The notes: a model not told the origin generated them from the sequence alone. Shown: positions 17,370 to 33,136, counted from the first letter of the stretch. The stretch is DNA of 64,000 nt from the human T2T-CHM13v2.0 reference genome, Homo sapiens (GCF_009914755.1 NC_060936.1); one strand, 5' to 3'. Translations and numbers: made by a program.

Positions 17370-17836
17370 TCCTAAGGCCACAGTAATCATGCATAACAAA
17401 TGGCCACAAAACCCCAGATAACTATTACAATGTGTATATTGCTCCTCCATCTGCAGTAATCAGCTACGCAGTACTGCTGTTCTCAATTGGATCAACTCAC
17501 ATTTTTGCATGTTAGATGGCTGTTAACGTACACTGGGGTGACTGGGCTGAGTCAGCTCAGCTCCTCATCTTTCATCCTGCACCAGGCTAGCCTGGCCACA
17601 CTTTCATGACTGCAAGGGCAGAGGCACAAGAGAAACATACATTGTCTTTGAGGCATAGAGCAAGGATAGTACACAATCATATCAACATCTTATTGGCTAA
17701 ACAAGTTAAAAGGCTAGGTTAATTTCACAGTTCCGGAAAACTTCTGACTTTTTAGTTACAAGGACCACAGAGTCACATGGCAAAAGGGTATGGAACCAGA
17801 GGAAAGGAAAGGATTGCCTCCATTTTTAGAATCTAT
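17370..17836 (-). mobile_element. MaLR LTR (MLT1H/I-like)
   Basis: caggctagcctggccacactttcatg; agagtcacatggcaaaagggtatgga. Confidence 0.6.
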
Positions 17837-18769
17837 AATTATTTTCATGTTTTTAAATCAATTTCTTTTACACTAAGCCAATCAAATTACCTACGTGCAG
17901 AAATTATTCTATAAACAGTTAACTAATGTGTATATCTGCTTTGTATTTCTGAAGTACGAGGCAATTATACTTATTTCCCAAACAAAAAATTTCTACTTAG
18001 ATTACTTTGATGATCATATTTTACCACTTCTGAAACAAGTTGAACATTAACAAATTAAATTTTAATAAGCTATTGAATCTTTTGTGGTTCTTATATCACA
18101 TAATGCAGAAAAGCTTTCCAGTAACATAATAAGAATCTTTCCACTTAGCCACTTTTCCAAGGGAAATAGAGTCACAGACATAATTAGGTAAGAACATGTA
18201 TATGCCTCTATGGGAATTCATAAAAATTATAAAACCAGGAATGTGAAGTGCAAGTAAGCATAAAATCTACTTCTCTTCAACGCAGTTCTTCAGAATATAA
18301 TTATGAATTCTTTAAAGATGTGTAACAAATAAAATTATCCTTAATGTCGAGTCTAGAAAGTATAATCTCCCACATAGACCAGAAAATTAAGTTATAGTAC
18401 TAATATTTTAATTGATTCTTATTACTTCCTATTTACTCTCTCAAATTAGCTTAATAAAGATCTGCATTTTTAGAATCATACCTATACTAATTCAATCATT
18501 TTGCATGGGACAGTTTTTACATATTTATTGAATATCATTAACACCATTGATTTCTTCGAATGCATTCACAATAAATGACATAATGTTTCCAAAAGTAATT
18601 GTTGGCCTAACATAGAGGTAATTTAGACTTTACAAAACAAGAATAATTCAGATAAAATTTTAAAAGAAAAATAATATTTTCTATTTGGAAGTTATATTAC
18701 TGTTTTAATACAGAATTTAAAAAAAGGTTGGATAGATTTGCTGATACTAGCAAATTTAAGAGTATACAT

Positions 18770-18893
18770 GCTCCAAAGGGGAGCATATTTGTCTTGTTCA
18801 CCACTGGATTGCCAGAGCCTGGAATAGAGCCTGATACAGGGTATGGGCTTAGTAAATAAGGTTTTAATAAAATATCTATTGACTGAATGAATG
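18770..18893 (+). mobile_element. L2 3' end
   Basis: tgtcttgttcaccactggattgccagagcctggaatagagcctg...tgaatgaatga. Confidence 0.65.
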
Positions 18894-21826
18894 ATGTTAT
18901 TATGTAATTGAGTAACATTGTTCCTTGATGACATGGGAATAATTGGCAGAGAATTTTCCACAATGCACATAATTAGAAAATAATAAAGACATACTGTAAG
19001 AAAGCCATCAGATCCTTCATAAATTTCTTAAAGATGACATGAATAATCCCAAGATATAGATCAGAGCTAAAAAGAATCCATTTAATTTTCAAGTTTTATA
19101 CATTTTGCAGATTTCTTTTTAGATTCCTGACTGTTTGAACACTTCATTGTCAAATCAAAATGTCTCCTTCAAGTTACTTTGGCAGGTAAAACAGAACATA
19201 TTCTTAGATTAAAAATCTAAGACTGTGTTTAACTTCAAGCACTTTATACACTAAGGAATTTGTAAAATTGAAGGGAAAATATATTATTTGCTCTAAACCA
19301 GGAACTGCATGCCTGTTAAATTTTCCAAAGAACATCCATATACAATATAACTTAGAAAAGTAATGTATTTTCCAACATTTCAAAATTTGCTATTCACAAG
19401 CTATCCTAAAGTCAAGAGAAAGTTATTGTTTTGTTATTATGTTACTATAAATTCCATAGTGTGATTCAATATGTACAGAAATGAAAACACTGAATTTCCT
19501 ATCATTTAAAAACGGTGTATTCTCTTAAAAAATAAAAAAAATAAAATTTAAATTTACTACAATATGCCTTTTCTATCCACCATATAATAGTTGTTCTAAG
19601 AAACACTAAATTAGAAGTTATATAATTACCTAAATTATACAATTTTACTGTTTTCTTGGGCATATTTAATTTAGAAAATTTTAGAGTATCTGATGGGGGA
19701 AGTAGAGGAAGTATTAGGGAAGGGACTAACGGATAGACTCAATTACTATAAATTTTCTACTTCTTAGATTGAGTAGATAGTTCATAATAATCTAACTTCA
19801 TAACAGTATTGTGCTTTATAATTTATATATATTTTCCATATATATTATGCAAGTATCCAATACTGTTAGTAAATGAAGTTCATTTTCAGAGACAAAAAAA
19901 ATAGTTAAAATTATTTATAAATGCCAATTATGCCGAAGTACTATCAACTCTAAAAATATCTTGCTAAAAGCACATCAGGAGAAACATTTTTCATATTTCC
20001 TTCCTAATGAGAAACAAAATCTTATTTTTTGTACATGAAAAGTCTAAATATTATCTAATCAAGGCTTGAATAACATTGTTTCCTGATTACTTGGGTGAAG
20101 TCAGTAGATTATATTCTACAATCCACAGAAGTGAAAAATAATAAAGATATGTGATACATTTATTTCATTGAAAGAAAATGTCCACTTACGTTTTTTTGGT
20201 TAAAAATTAAAGGAATTTAAAATTTGGAAAAATGCATTTATTTGAGAAAAATATCTATTATATGACAATCCTTGTTTCTAAATATGAGTTTAACGAAAAT
20301 ATGTGTGTATATATTTTTTAATGTGTATAGCATCATATCAAAAGCAAAACCAAAAGTAATTAATAGCATTTAGTGTAAGTGTTAGATAAACTCAACAATT
20401 CACACAGTTATCAATAACTTACAACTGTAAACTACAATATATAACTTAATTCAGTTGTTAAAATGTAATAAGGTGATGTATACACAAAGTATAGAATTAG
20501 CGCTGAGACAGAAATAATGTGGAATGGATAAAAATGTAACTGGGTGAAACAATGATAGAAAAAGAATCCATTTCAGATATCTAGAAAATTTATATGCAAA
20601 ACTCATGTGAAATTAACATCCAATATATTTTTAAAATAAAATTAATTTTGAAAAATTGTAATAGTATATTAAAATTATATTGTTAATTTCAATGTCATTC
20701 TGGAAAAAACATTGCAACAAAAAATGAAGCATGAATCCTGAAAATTGTTTCATAATGTCCTTTATGTCTTTCTTCTTTCTTCTTATTTCAGAGAATTGGC
20801 ATTTCTCCATTCTTACCCACTCGTTAACTTACCTTAGACAGATTTTTACTGGTTGTAAGTAAGAAGAAATCAACTCACATTATTTTAAGCAAAAAACAAA
20901 AAGGCATTACTAACACCTGTAATGAGTAAGCCAAGAAAAGACATATGATCTTTGATATTTACGGGTCCAGGAATTATACAATATCAGAAGGGGCATCAAA
21001 TCTCTCTGTCCCTTGATTCTACTTTGTACTGTTTGTGGAAATACCATCAGGCCAGCTCTACTTACAGAGTAAGAATGATGACTACTGGCAGATAGGTAGA
21101 TGCAGGCTTACATTCCCTCAGCTTGGTTAATCTGACAAAAAAGGGTAGGTATTTTAAGCAGTAATGTAGAAAAGTCCCCAGGGCTAATGTTCATGGCCTT
21201 TAGTTTTATGTATATTTCTGAAACAATCGCTGTGCTAGAAACTCTTACTGGCTCAAGACCTAGTTATGGTTTAAAATTGAAAAATATGTTTCTTAAAAGA
21301 AAAATCAAATGCAATAACCAAAATAAAGATAAGCATATTCTGGGCTCAAAAGCAACAAATAAAAATGCCTTTAAAGCTTTAGCACCTAATAATAAAACAT
21401 ATACTTTTCCACCACATGTATAAATTTTGAAATGTCCCAGCATTCACCTCCTTCTTTGTATTTCTATCTAGTCTTTCTCTTTTTTCACACCAAAAAAATG
21501 TTATTTTTCCAAAATACAGATCTGTACATATCACTGATCATCTCAAAAAACAATTTTATTATTACATACAGAAAACCAAAATCCCCCAAAATATTTATCC
21601 AGGTCTTATTTTAACTGTATTAATACAGAGTCACCATAATGGATAAACTGGACCAGATCTCCGTGCTCAGGAATGTTTAAGTCTAGGGAAAGACACAATT
21701 TAGCATGCAATTGCACCAAATAGTCTCCACGAAAGGAGAATTGAGAGTGCTATGTTGGCTCAGGGCCAAGAGACAGAATTCAGCACAGGCCAGAAAGCCA
21801 CTGGGAATGTCAAGAGTAGCATCCTA

Positions 21827-22296
<470 letters not shown>

Positions 22297-23551
22297 TCAA
22301 CATAGCGGGATTATGGTGTAAAATATAAAGGGATTCGTGGGAGTTGAGAGAAGAGAAATAAAGATAGGTTACAAAAGGATATTTAAATGCTCTGTAATAT
22401 GGCTTTTGCATGTAAGTCTTTTCAAAACTTATCCTTCATTTATTTCTCATATCATTCTCTTTCTTCCCTTTAGAATTATAAGCATCTGATAAACTGATAC
22501 AATGAAAAAGATTCTAAATACCTCAATTTTCTTAAATATAATACTTTAGAAAATGAGAGTGTCTACCTCTTAAAGTCAATATGGATTAACTGAGTTAACA
22601 CAGACAATCTATTTAGGACAGTGCCTGATATATACAGGCATGCCTTTTTTTAATTGTGCTTTGACTTATTTTGCTTGTCAGATATTATGCTTTTCAAACA
22701 TTGAAAGTTTGTGGCAAACCTGCATCCAGCAAGACTATCAGTGCCATTCCTCTAACAGCGGGTGCCCACTTCATGTCTCTGTTTCACATTTTAGTAATTT
22801 TTCCAATATTTCGCACTTTGTCATTATTATCATATATGTTATGTTGATCTATGATCAGTGATCTCTGGTGTTACTACTGTAATAGTTTTGGGGTGCCCCA
22901 AACTTTACTCACCAATATAATTCAGCAAAGTTAATTCACACACATTGTGTGTTCTTACTGTTCCATCAACAGCTCATTTTCCATCTCTGCCTCTCCTCAG
23001 ACCTTTCTATTCCTTGAGACACAATAATATTGAAATTAGGTCAATTAAAAACCCTACAGTGGCCACTGAGGATTCAAATAAATGCAAGAGTCACATTCTC
23101 AATTCAAAAACTAGAAATGATTAAACTTAGTGAGAAATATATGGTGAAAGCCAAGATAGATCCAAAGTTAAGCCTGTTGCACCAGTTAGTGAAGTTGTTA
23201 ATGTAAAGGAAAACTTTTTGAAGGAAATTTAAAGTGCTACTCCAATGAAAACACAAAAGATAAGAAAGCGGAAGAGGCTTATTGCTGATATGGAGAAAGT
23301 TTAAGTGATCTGGGTAGAAAATCAAGCCAGCCACAACATTATCTTAAGTCAAAGTTCATTCCAGAGAAAGATTCTAACTTCCTTCAATTCTATGAAGCCT
23401 GAGAGGGCAGGAAGCTACAAGAGAAAAGTTTGAAGTTAGCAGAGCTTGGTTCATGAGGTTTAAAGAAAGAACATACAAGCGCAATAACATACAAGCGCAA
23501 TATGAAGCAGCAAGTGCTTATGGAGAAGTTGCAGCAAGATATCTAGATCTA

Positions 23552-23983
<432 letters not shown>

Positions 23984-24026
23984 TCAATGTCTGGCTTCAA
24001 AGCTTCAAAGAAACAGGCTGACTCTT

Positions 24027-25071
<1,045 letters not shown>

Positions 25072-26876
25072 AACAGGCTGACTCTTGACGGGGCTAAGGC
25101 AGCTAATGACTTCAAGTGGAAGCCAATGCTCATTAACCATTTCAAAAATCCTAGGGCACTTTAGAATTATGCAAAATTTACTCTGCCAGTGCTCTATAAA
25201 TGGAAGAAAGAAGCCTGGATGACAGCACATATGTTTGTAACATGGCTTACTGAATATGTTAAGCCTACCGTTGAGATCTACTGCTCAGGAAAAAAGATTC
25301 CTTTTGAAATACTATTGTCCATTGACAATGCACCTAAGTGACTCAAGAGCTCTGATGGAAATGTACAAAGATATTAATGTTGCTGAGCCTGCTAGCACAA
25401 CCGGCATTCTGAAGCCCAAAGTATCAAGGTATAATTTTGACTTTCCAGTCCTATTCTTTAAGAAATACATTTTGTAAGGCTATACTTGCCATAGATAATG
25501 GTTCCTCTGATGAATCTGGGCAAAATAAATTGAAAACCTGCAGGAAAGGATTCACTATTCCAGGTGTCATTAAGAACATATGTAATTCATGGGAAGAGGT
25601 CAAATATCAACATTAACATGAGTTGGGAATAAAGTTTTTGCAACTCTCATGGGTGACTGAGAGTTTCAAGATGTCAGTGGAGGCAACAACTACAGCTGTG
25701 TTTAAAATAGGAAGAGAACTAGAATTCAAAATGGAGCCTGAAGATGTGACTGAATTGCAACAATCTCATAATGTAACTTTAAGATGAGGAGTAACTTTTT
25801 ATGGATAAGCAAAGCAATTGTTTTCATAAGATGGAATCTAATTCTGGTGAAGAATCTGTGAACAGTATTGAAGTGACACCAAAGGATTTGGAATATTACA
25901 TAAACTTAGTTGCTACAGCAGTGCAGGATTTGAGTGGATTGAATCCAATTTTGAAGAAAGTTTGATTGTGAGTAGAATTAAACAGCATCATATACTGCAG
26001 GGGCATCTTTTGTGAAAGGAAAAGTTAATCAGTATGGCAAACTTCATTGTTGTCTTATTTGTAGAAATTGCTATAGCTAGCCTCTCCTTCAACAACCCAA
26101 TTCTGATCAGGCAGCAGCTACCAACACTGAGGCAAGACCTTCCTCCTGCAAAATGATTATGACTTACTGAAGACTCAAAATACCATTAGAAGTTTTAGCA
26201 TATTTTTAAATTAGGATATATACATTGCTTTTCTAGACATAATATTCTTGTACAATTTATAAACTATGGTGTAAACATAACTTTTACATGTACTAGGAAA
26301 CTAAAATATTGTGTGACTTACTTTATTGTGATATTTGCTTTAATGTGATGGTCTTGAACCAAACCTGCAATATCTCCAACTTATATCTTTAATTGGTTAT
26401 GTATAACTGACGTTGTTATAACTGAAATCTGTCTTACATTTTTCCATTTCTTTATCTTTGATCAAGTTGCTTGTCTTGGCATGAATTATTTTTCTCCCCA
26501 TATCTACATGCCATCTCAACATCATCATCTTTAAAAATACCTTTCACATCTTCCAATTTCCATAGCTCATGCTGGCCTCTATTATGTGTAATACTGAATA
26601 CACACTGCCTTGAGTTGAAATTATTTACATTTAGGTCTTTCTACCTATGACCTACTGTAGATATTCTTCATCTGTGTCCTCCATAGCATGTAGCCTAGCT
26701 ATGCTAATATGAATGCACATTTTTTATTTCTACTGAACCCAGACATTAGAGGAATATAAGATTCAAAATCATCAGTCACACACAAATATACACAAATACT
26801 GAAAATTGATGTAAAAATCTCACTTTTTTCAACCTCTAGTTATAAATGTCTGAAGGTCATAGGGTACATAGGCAGA

Positions 26877-27774
26877 TATATATATATTCTTATATATGTG
26901 TTCACATATATATTCATATATGTGTTCACATATATATTCATATATGTGTTCACATATATATTCATATATGTGTTCACATATATATTCATATATGTGTTCA
27001 CATATATATTCATATATGTGTTCACATATATATTCATATATGTGTTCACATATATATTCATATATGTGTTCACATATATATTCATATATGTGTTCACATA
27101 TATATTCATATATGTGTTCACATATATATTCATATATGTGTTCACATATATATTCATATATGTGTTCACATATATATTCATATATGTGTTCACATATATA
27201 TTCATATATGTGTTCACATATATTCATATATGTGTTCACATATATATTCATATATGTGTTCACATATATTCATACATGTGTTCACATATATATTCACATA
27301 TATATTCACATATATATTCACATATATATTCACATATATATATTCACATATATTCATATATATTCACATATATATTCACATATATATTCACATATATATT
27401 CACATATATATTCATATATATATTCACATGTATATTCACATGTATATTCACATATATACATAAATATTCATATATATTCATATATATTCATATATATTCA
27501 TATGTAATTCATATATATTCATATATATTCATATGTAATTCATATATATTCATATATATTCATATGTAATTCATATATATTCATATATATTCATATGTAA
27601 TTCATATATATATTCATATATATTCATATATATTCATATATACATCTATTCATATATATTCATATATATTCATATATATTCATATTCATATATATTCATA
27701 TATATATTCATATTCATATATATTCATATATATATTCATATATATTCATATATATATTCATATATATATATATT
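26877..27774. repeat. AT-rich minisatellite: 24-bp unit TTCACATATATATTCATATATGTG (13 perfect copies, 26901-27212) decaying into 22-, 12- and 10-bp variants
   Basis: Read directly from the sequence; periodic translations in all frames. Confidence 0.97.
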
Positions 27775-27948
27775 CCTTTGTGAAAGGAAAAGTCAATCAA
27801 TATGACAAACTTCACTGTTGTTGTCTTATTTGTTGAAATTGCTATAGTGAGCCCCTCCTTCAGCAACCACAATCCTAATCAGGCAGGGGCTACCATCTTT
27901 GAGGTAAGACTTTCCTCCTGCAAAAAGATTATGACTTACTGAAGGCTC
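27775..27948 (+). mobile_element. Tigger1 fragment, apparently a local copy of 26007-26176
   Basis: Colinear with 26007-26176 and shares variants such as gaaattgctatag, atcaggcag and ttcctcctgcaaaa. Confidence 0.8.
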
Positions 27949-28479
27949 TCTCTCTCTGTGTATGTATGTGTGTGTGTATATATATATGTACAAATAATTT
28001 TAACTCAATATGTATATATATATGCAAATAAATTTAACTCAAGGCAACCTGTGTTAAGTGCCATATGCAAGAGAGGCCAACAATGAGCTATATGAGGAAT
28101 GGAAGATTTCAGAATTATTGTTAGATTCTGGTAGATGGGCTGAAATTTATATTTGTATGATCTGTAATCAAATGATTAAATATTTAAGTCCAGAGTGTAA
28201 ACTAAATGTAAAGACAGAAAATTACCAGTGATTAAAGAATAAGGTGTTTTTCAGTGCTTTTGGAATGCATTTAAAAATCAAGTAGATAAGAAAATCTATG
28301 TGGTAGTTAGGATCTTACTTTGCTACGTTTACTTCCATTAACTGCCATCTAATTAGGAAAACAAGATTTAGTCTAAGGATATATATATATTTTTAACATA
28401 TAAATTGCCATTTTTCTAAATATAGAAAATAACTCAATTTCATTAATTCAGATTAATTTACTCCTTAAATATTAAATAA

Positions 28480-28710
28480 ACACTTACGTACTACTGTTTA
28501 AGTACTGATCTAAACTCTTTCTAAGAATAATTTTATTTCATTCTCAAAAAACCACTCCTACTATTATTACCATTTTACAGGTGAGGAATTTGTCCATATG
28601 GATGCTAATCAACTTGCTGAAGCTTATGCCACCAGTAAAAGGCAGAGCCAATATTCCAGCCCAGACAGATTGGCTCCAGAATACAAAGTGTGAAAAACAC
28701 CATGGTATGC
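28480..28710 (-). mobile_element. MIR
   Basis: attattaccattttacaggtgaggaa...ggctccaga. Confidence 0.7.
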
Positions 28711-28835
28711 TGCTTATGATGTTTAACAATATAACTAAGCATAGAAAATAGGGGTTATAAGTTACTTTTGTAATGTTTATTAATACTTAGTATCTTTATA
28801 ATGTTACCTACCATAGCCTTTTAGAACTAGACATG

Positions 28836-29208
28836 TGATATGGTTTGGCTGTGTCCCCACCCAAATCTCATCTTGAATTGTAGCTCCCACAATTGCCACA
28901 TGTCTTGGGAGGGACCCAGTGGGAATGACCCACATGTCATTTAATTATGGGGACAGGTATTTCCAATGTTATTCTCATGATAGTGAATAAGTCTCAAGAG
29001 ATCTGATGGTTTTATAAAGGGCAGGTCCCCTGCACACGATCTCTTGCCTGCTGCCATGTAAGATGTGACTTTGCTCCTCCTTCACCTTCCATCATGATTC
29101 TGAGGTCTCCCCAGGCATGTGGAACTGTGAGTCCATTAAACATCTTTGTTTATTAATTACCCAATCTCAGGTATGTCTTAATTAGCAGTGTGAGAACAGA
29201 CTAGTATA
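28836..29208 (+). mobile_element. THE1 solo LTR (THE1C/B-like)
   Basis: Starts tgatatggtttggctgtgtccccacccaaatctc; 5-bp TSD acatg on both sides. Confidence 0.92.
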
Positions 29209-29360
29209 ACATGATTATTTTATGTGGTGTTAATGACCTACTAGAATGTATTCGATGGATATGGCAATACATAGAAAAAGCTTTTTCATGGCACATAATA
29301 GTTTATATCAACTGGTGTATTCACAGGTTTGTTTTCTGTGTAACTAAAAACAATGGATGC

Positions 29361-29728
29361 TGATATGGTTTGGGTGTGTTCCCACCCAAATCTCATGTTG
29401 AATTCTAGTTTCCATAATCCCCACGTGTCATGGGAGAGACCCAATGGGAGGTAATTGAATCATGAAGGTGGTTACCCTCATTCTGTTTTCATGATAGTGA
29501 ATGAGTTATCATGATATCTGATGGTTTTATAAGGGGATTTTTCCTCTTCTCTTGGCACTTCTCTCTCCTGCGCCACATGAAGGACGTGTTTGCTTCCACT
29601 TCCACCATGATTTAAGTTTCCTGAGGCCTCCCCAGCCATGCAAAACTATGAGTCAATTAAAATTCCTTCCTTTATAAATTACCAGTCTCGGGCAGTTCTT
29701 TATAGCAGTGTGAGAATGGACTAACACA
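29361..29728 (+). mobile_element. THE1 solo LTR (THE1D-like)
   Basis: tgatatggtttgg...gggcagttctttatagcagtgtgagaatggactaacaca; 5-bp TSD gatgc on both sides. Confidence 0.92.
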
Positions 29729-30743
29729 GATGCATTTTTGAATGTGTGAACTATTGTGAGCATGTTTCAAGCCAAACTTCCTGAACATTATTTTCCAGAT
29801 AAAAGAAATTATTTCTACTCACAATTTTCAAAACCAAACATTTTTACCTCAAACCTATAAATATAAAATTAATGCTTTCACGTCTTTGTTTTTCTATCAT
29901 TTTTGTCATCTTTCTGATTGCTGATTTTTCATTTATTATTAAGTTCTCCTCCTTTAACACTTTCATATGCATACTTCAAAGAACATTGTTCCTTAATCAA
30001 GACAGATTTGAAATAGTTCCTATTCTATAGCACACAATGTTCTAGTTGCCTTTTCTTATTGGTAGTTGATGCACAAAACTAGAAGGTAAAGGGGAAAAAA
30101 AGTCTGTTTCTTCTGAGAAGCTGTTTAAGAATGAATAAGTACTGAGAAGAAAAAGAACAATGGAAAAAGAAAAAACACACAAAAAAGATGAGGAAAAACT
30201 GTTGAAAATATGTTATTGGCTATTTGAAAAATCCTTATGCTTTTAAGTACCTTTCCAATCTATAAAATAAAAACTTGAATATGGTGGCTCTGAACCTTAA
30301 CCTTCTATCCGATAGATAGCTAATGCCTCTCAGAACTAGTAATGGTAGATCAATGACCATTTAATGACATTATAAACATTGATGTGATTATACCAAGAAG
30401 GTTAGAAAAGTTACTATTATGGATCAAATGGAAAACCAGTTAAAATCAGTTTGGTAACTATAACTTCAGGAAAGAGAAGTTTAGACACAGGAAAGTGTTT
30501 GAGAGTTTCCTATAAAATATCCTGAGACACTGATGTTCAGTGATGCGTTCTTTACTAGGGAAATCCAATGTAATTTTCATTTAAAAAATAATGGTACACT
30601 GATTTTTTCAAAGCTAATATTTACAATGATGTTCAATCCTATTATTATTCCTGTGGTTTTTAAAGGATTTTAAAATTATGATAATTATTTCCTCGAAAGT
30701 CATCTAAGGTTAAATATTAGGTGCATTTCATCTTAGGATATTT

Positions 30744-30762
30744 TAGTGCCCTCTAGTGTGCA
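30744..30762 (-). promoter_or_regulatory. Candidate CTCF-binding motif
   Basis: Minus strand reads TGCACACTAGAGGGCACTA, close to the CCAC(C/T)AG(A/G)GGGC(A/G)C core, in non-repeat sequence. Confidence 0.5.
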
Positions 30763-32469
30763 GATATTTACAATAGCATTTTATCTTCTAACTTATGTGA
30801 TTGCTTTAAAAATGCAAGATTTAATAAATGGCGATTTTGGATCGATATGAAGTGAGTGAAAGAAATTCAGCTTGGAAAGCAAATTAGAGCCAGATGTCAA
30901 ATCAACCTAAATATAAAACACAACAAAATGTAACTTTTTTTTGCTTCTTTTCTTCCATTCAGATTGAACGGCCCCATTTCCACTTCTTGAATGCCAGACA
31001 GGACTTCTCATTTGCATTAATCCATCTTTAGATTTCAAAGGTTCAGCCAAGGTAGACTGTGGCTTTTACCCTTTTAAATACTGGGAGTTTCATGTTTTCT
31101 GCTGTGTGCATATATGAAATAGGGTAAACATTTCACTAAAATGGGTGCCTCCTCCAAATCTACTAGCCTCCAACACACTAAAACATTTAATCTGTGATTA
31201 GAGCAGTTTGTTTGTGCCAAGTAAAAGGAGCCTAACCTAAAGCCTCCTTCCATTCCTACAAAGGAATTGTTTTTAAAACAATCATGAGATTTTAAGAGAT
31301 GCCACTATTCAAAAACAAATCAGGGTCTGTGGGGCACCAACAGAATGGATTTGAGTCAAAATCAAAGTTTAAGCTAAGTTTGGGAAATCATTTTAATGAA
31401 GATCTTTTGAACTTTACTTTAAATCCAGTGATAGACCCATCAAGAGCATTAAGAGGGTAATTATTCTTTATCTATCAATGGCCAATATCAACAAACAAAT
31501 CTTCTACATTGAAAAGATATAATGGAGCCTATCTACCAGCATTCTTTTAATTTCCTATGTGAATCTATGACTTTTAAATTAGATACAGTCATATAGAAAA
31601 CATGGACAAATTTATACTATTAATACTAGATAATCTGTGAATGCCTCTCAAAACTGACTTGCTTCACCTTTCTTGTATTTACTGAAAAGGGAACAACAGC
31701 AAAATGGAGTAACTCCAAATTGTTTGGTGGTTTTCCATATCAGAAAATGTCCACTAATATGAAGAACTATTGCTGAATATTCAAGAGACATTCAAATGTC
31801 AGGTAACGATATTTTATTTGGCAATGCTATATTCTTATTGTGATCCAAATTGCATGAACAATGATATCTGTTAAAATTAAAAAGAATTATTTTGTCTGTG
31901 TTTTGGCAAATCTACATGTTTCCTGTGTGTAGCTATGAGATGAAGCCATAAAATTTAGGGGATTGCAGCATTAGAAGAAAATAACATTGCCACACAATTT
32001 TGAGTCTAAATGAAAATTCAGTTGATATTTTCAATATTTTAAGATAAAATATTAATAAGTATGTCATTCAGTCAATCTTCTACTTATCAATAATAAATAT
32101 AACACGTTAGTATATATTTCATAATACATTACTCAAACAAACTGAGTTTTCCTAACTTGCTACACTGAGGAAACATTACATATGGCTTTATCTCTAAAAT
32201 GTACCAAGGAGCTAGAGAGCCATGGAACCTGATGTGAAGTAACTTGTTTCACAACATAGTAAAGCCTCCAGACAAGCCAGATAGTACTAAAGCTCAAGAG
32301 TTCATTGGAACATTCTGTTAGGTGAATCTACTCCATTCCTACCTCACAGGTTGGGAGTAATTTTTACCATTTGCCATGGATTAATTATTTGTTTGTACAG
32401 AAAAGTAGTTACAACCTTGATAAACTGTCAGTAGAAAAACAGTGTTAGGAGCATTGCTTTCTCAACATC

Positions 32470-33136
32470 TTTTTTTTTTTTTTTTTTAAGAGACAGGATG
32501 GCAGAGACATGGATGGAGCTGGAAGCTATTATCCTCAGCAAACTAATGCAAGAACAGAAAACCAAACACCACATGTTCTCGCTTATAACTGGGAGCCGAA
32601 CAATGAGAACACATGGAAACACTGTAGGGAACAACACACACTGGGGCCTGTTGGAAGGTGGGAGGCAGGAGGCGGGAGGAGGGAAAACAACAGGAAGAAT
32701 AGCTAATGGGTGCTGGGCTTAATACCTAGGTGATGGATTGATCTGTGTAGCAAACCACCATGGCACACGTTTACCTATGTAACAAACCTGCACATCCTAC
32801 ACATGTACCTCATACTTAAAAGTTGAAAAAATAAATAAATAAATAAAATACAGGGTCTCACTCTGTCACCCAGGCTGGGGTACAGTAGTGTGATCATAAC
32901 TCATTGCAGCCTTGAATTCCTGGGGTCAAGCAATCCTCCTGCCTCGGCATCCTGAGTAGCATGACCACAGGTGCAGGCCACTACACCCAGCTATTTTTTT
33001 TTTTTAAATTTAGTTGTAGAGATGTGGGGTCTTGCTATGTTGTTTGGGCTGGTCTCCAACTCCTGACCTCTGGCGATACTCCCAGTTCAGCCTCCCAAAG
33101 CACTGGGATTACAGGTGTAAGCCATTGCACCCAGCC
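32470..33136 (-). mobile_element. AluJ (poly-T 32470-32487; body ~32851-33136), split by an L1 insertion
   Basis: gagacagg|gtctcactctgtcacccaggctgg, tcaagcaatcctcct, gtcttgctatgttg. Confidence 0.88.
32498..32850 (+). mobile_element. Short 3' L1 fragment (older L1PA or L1PB) inserted into the AluJ
   Basis: atggatggagctggaagctattatcctcagcaaactaa...gcaaaccaccatggcacacgtttacc with an (AAAT)n tail; degenerate TSD aagagacagg / aaaatacagg. Confidence 0.88.

Noticed and set aside
26901-27280. CRISPR-like array of palindromic 24-bp repeats
   Set aside because: Units are head-to-tail with no unique spacers, there are no cas genes, and the DNA is primate.
26829-27569. Five overlapping 125-223 aa ORFs with periodic His/Ile/Tyr/Cys sequence
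   Set aside because: Artefacts of a stop-free 24-bp tandem repeat; open on both strands with no gene context.
28836-29728. Two THE1 LTRs as one internally deleted provirus
   Set aside because: Each LTR has its own distinct TSD and different subfamily features.
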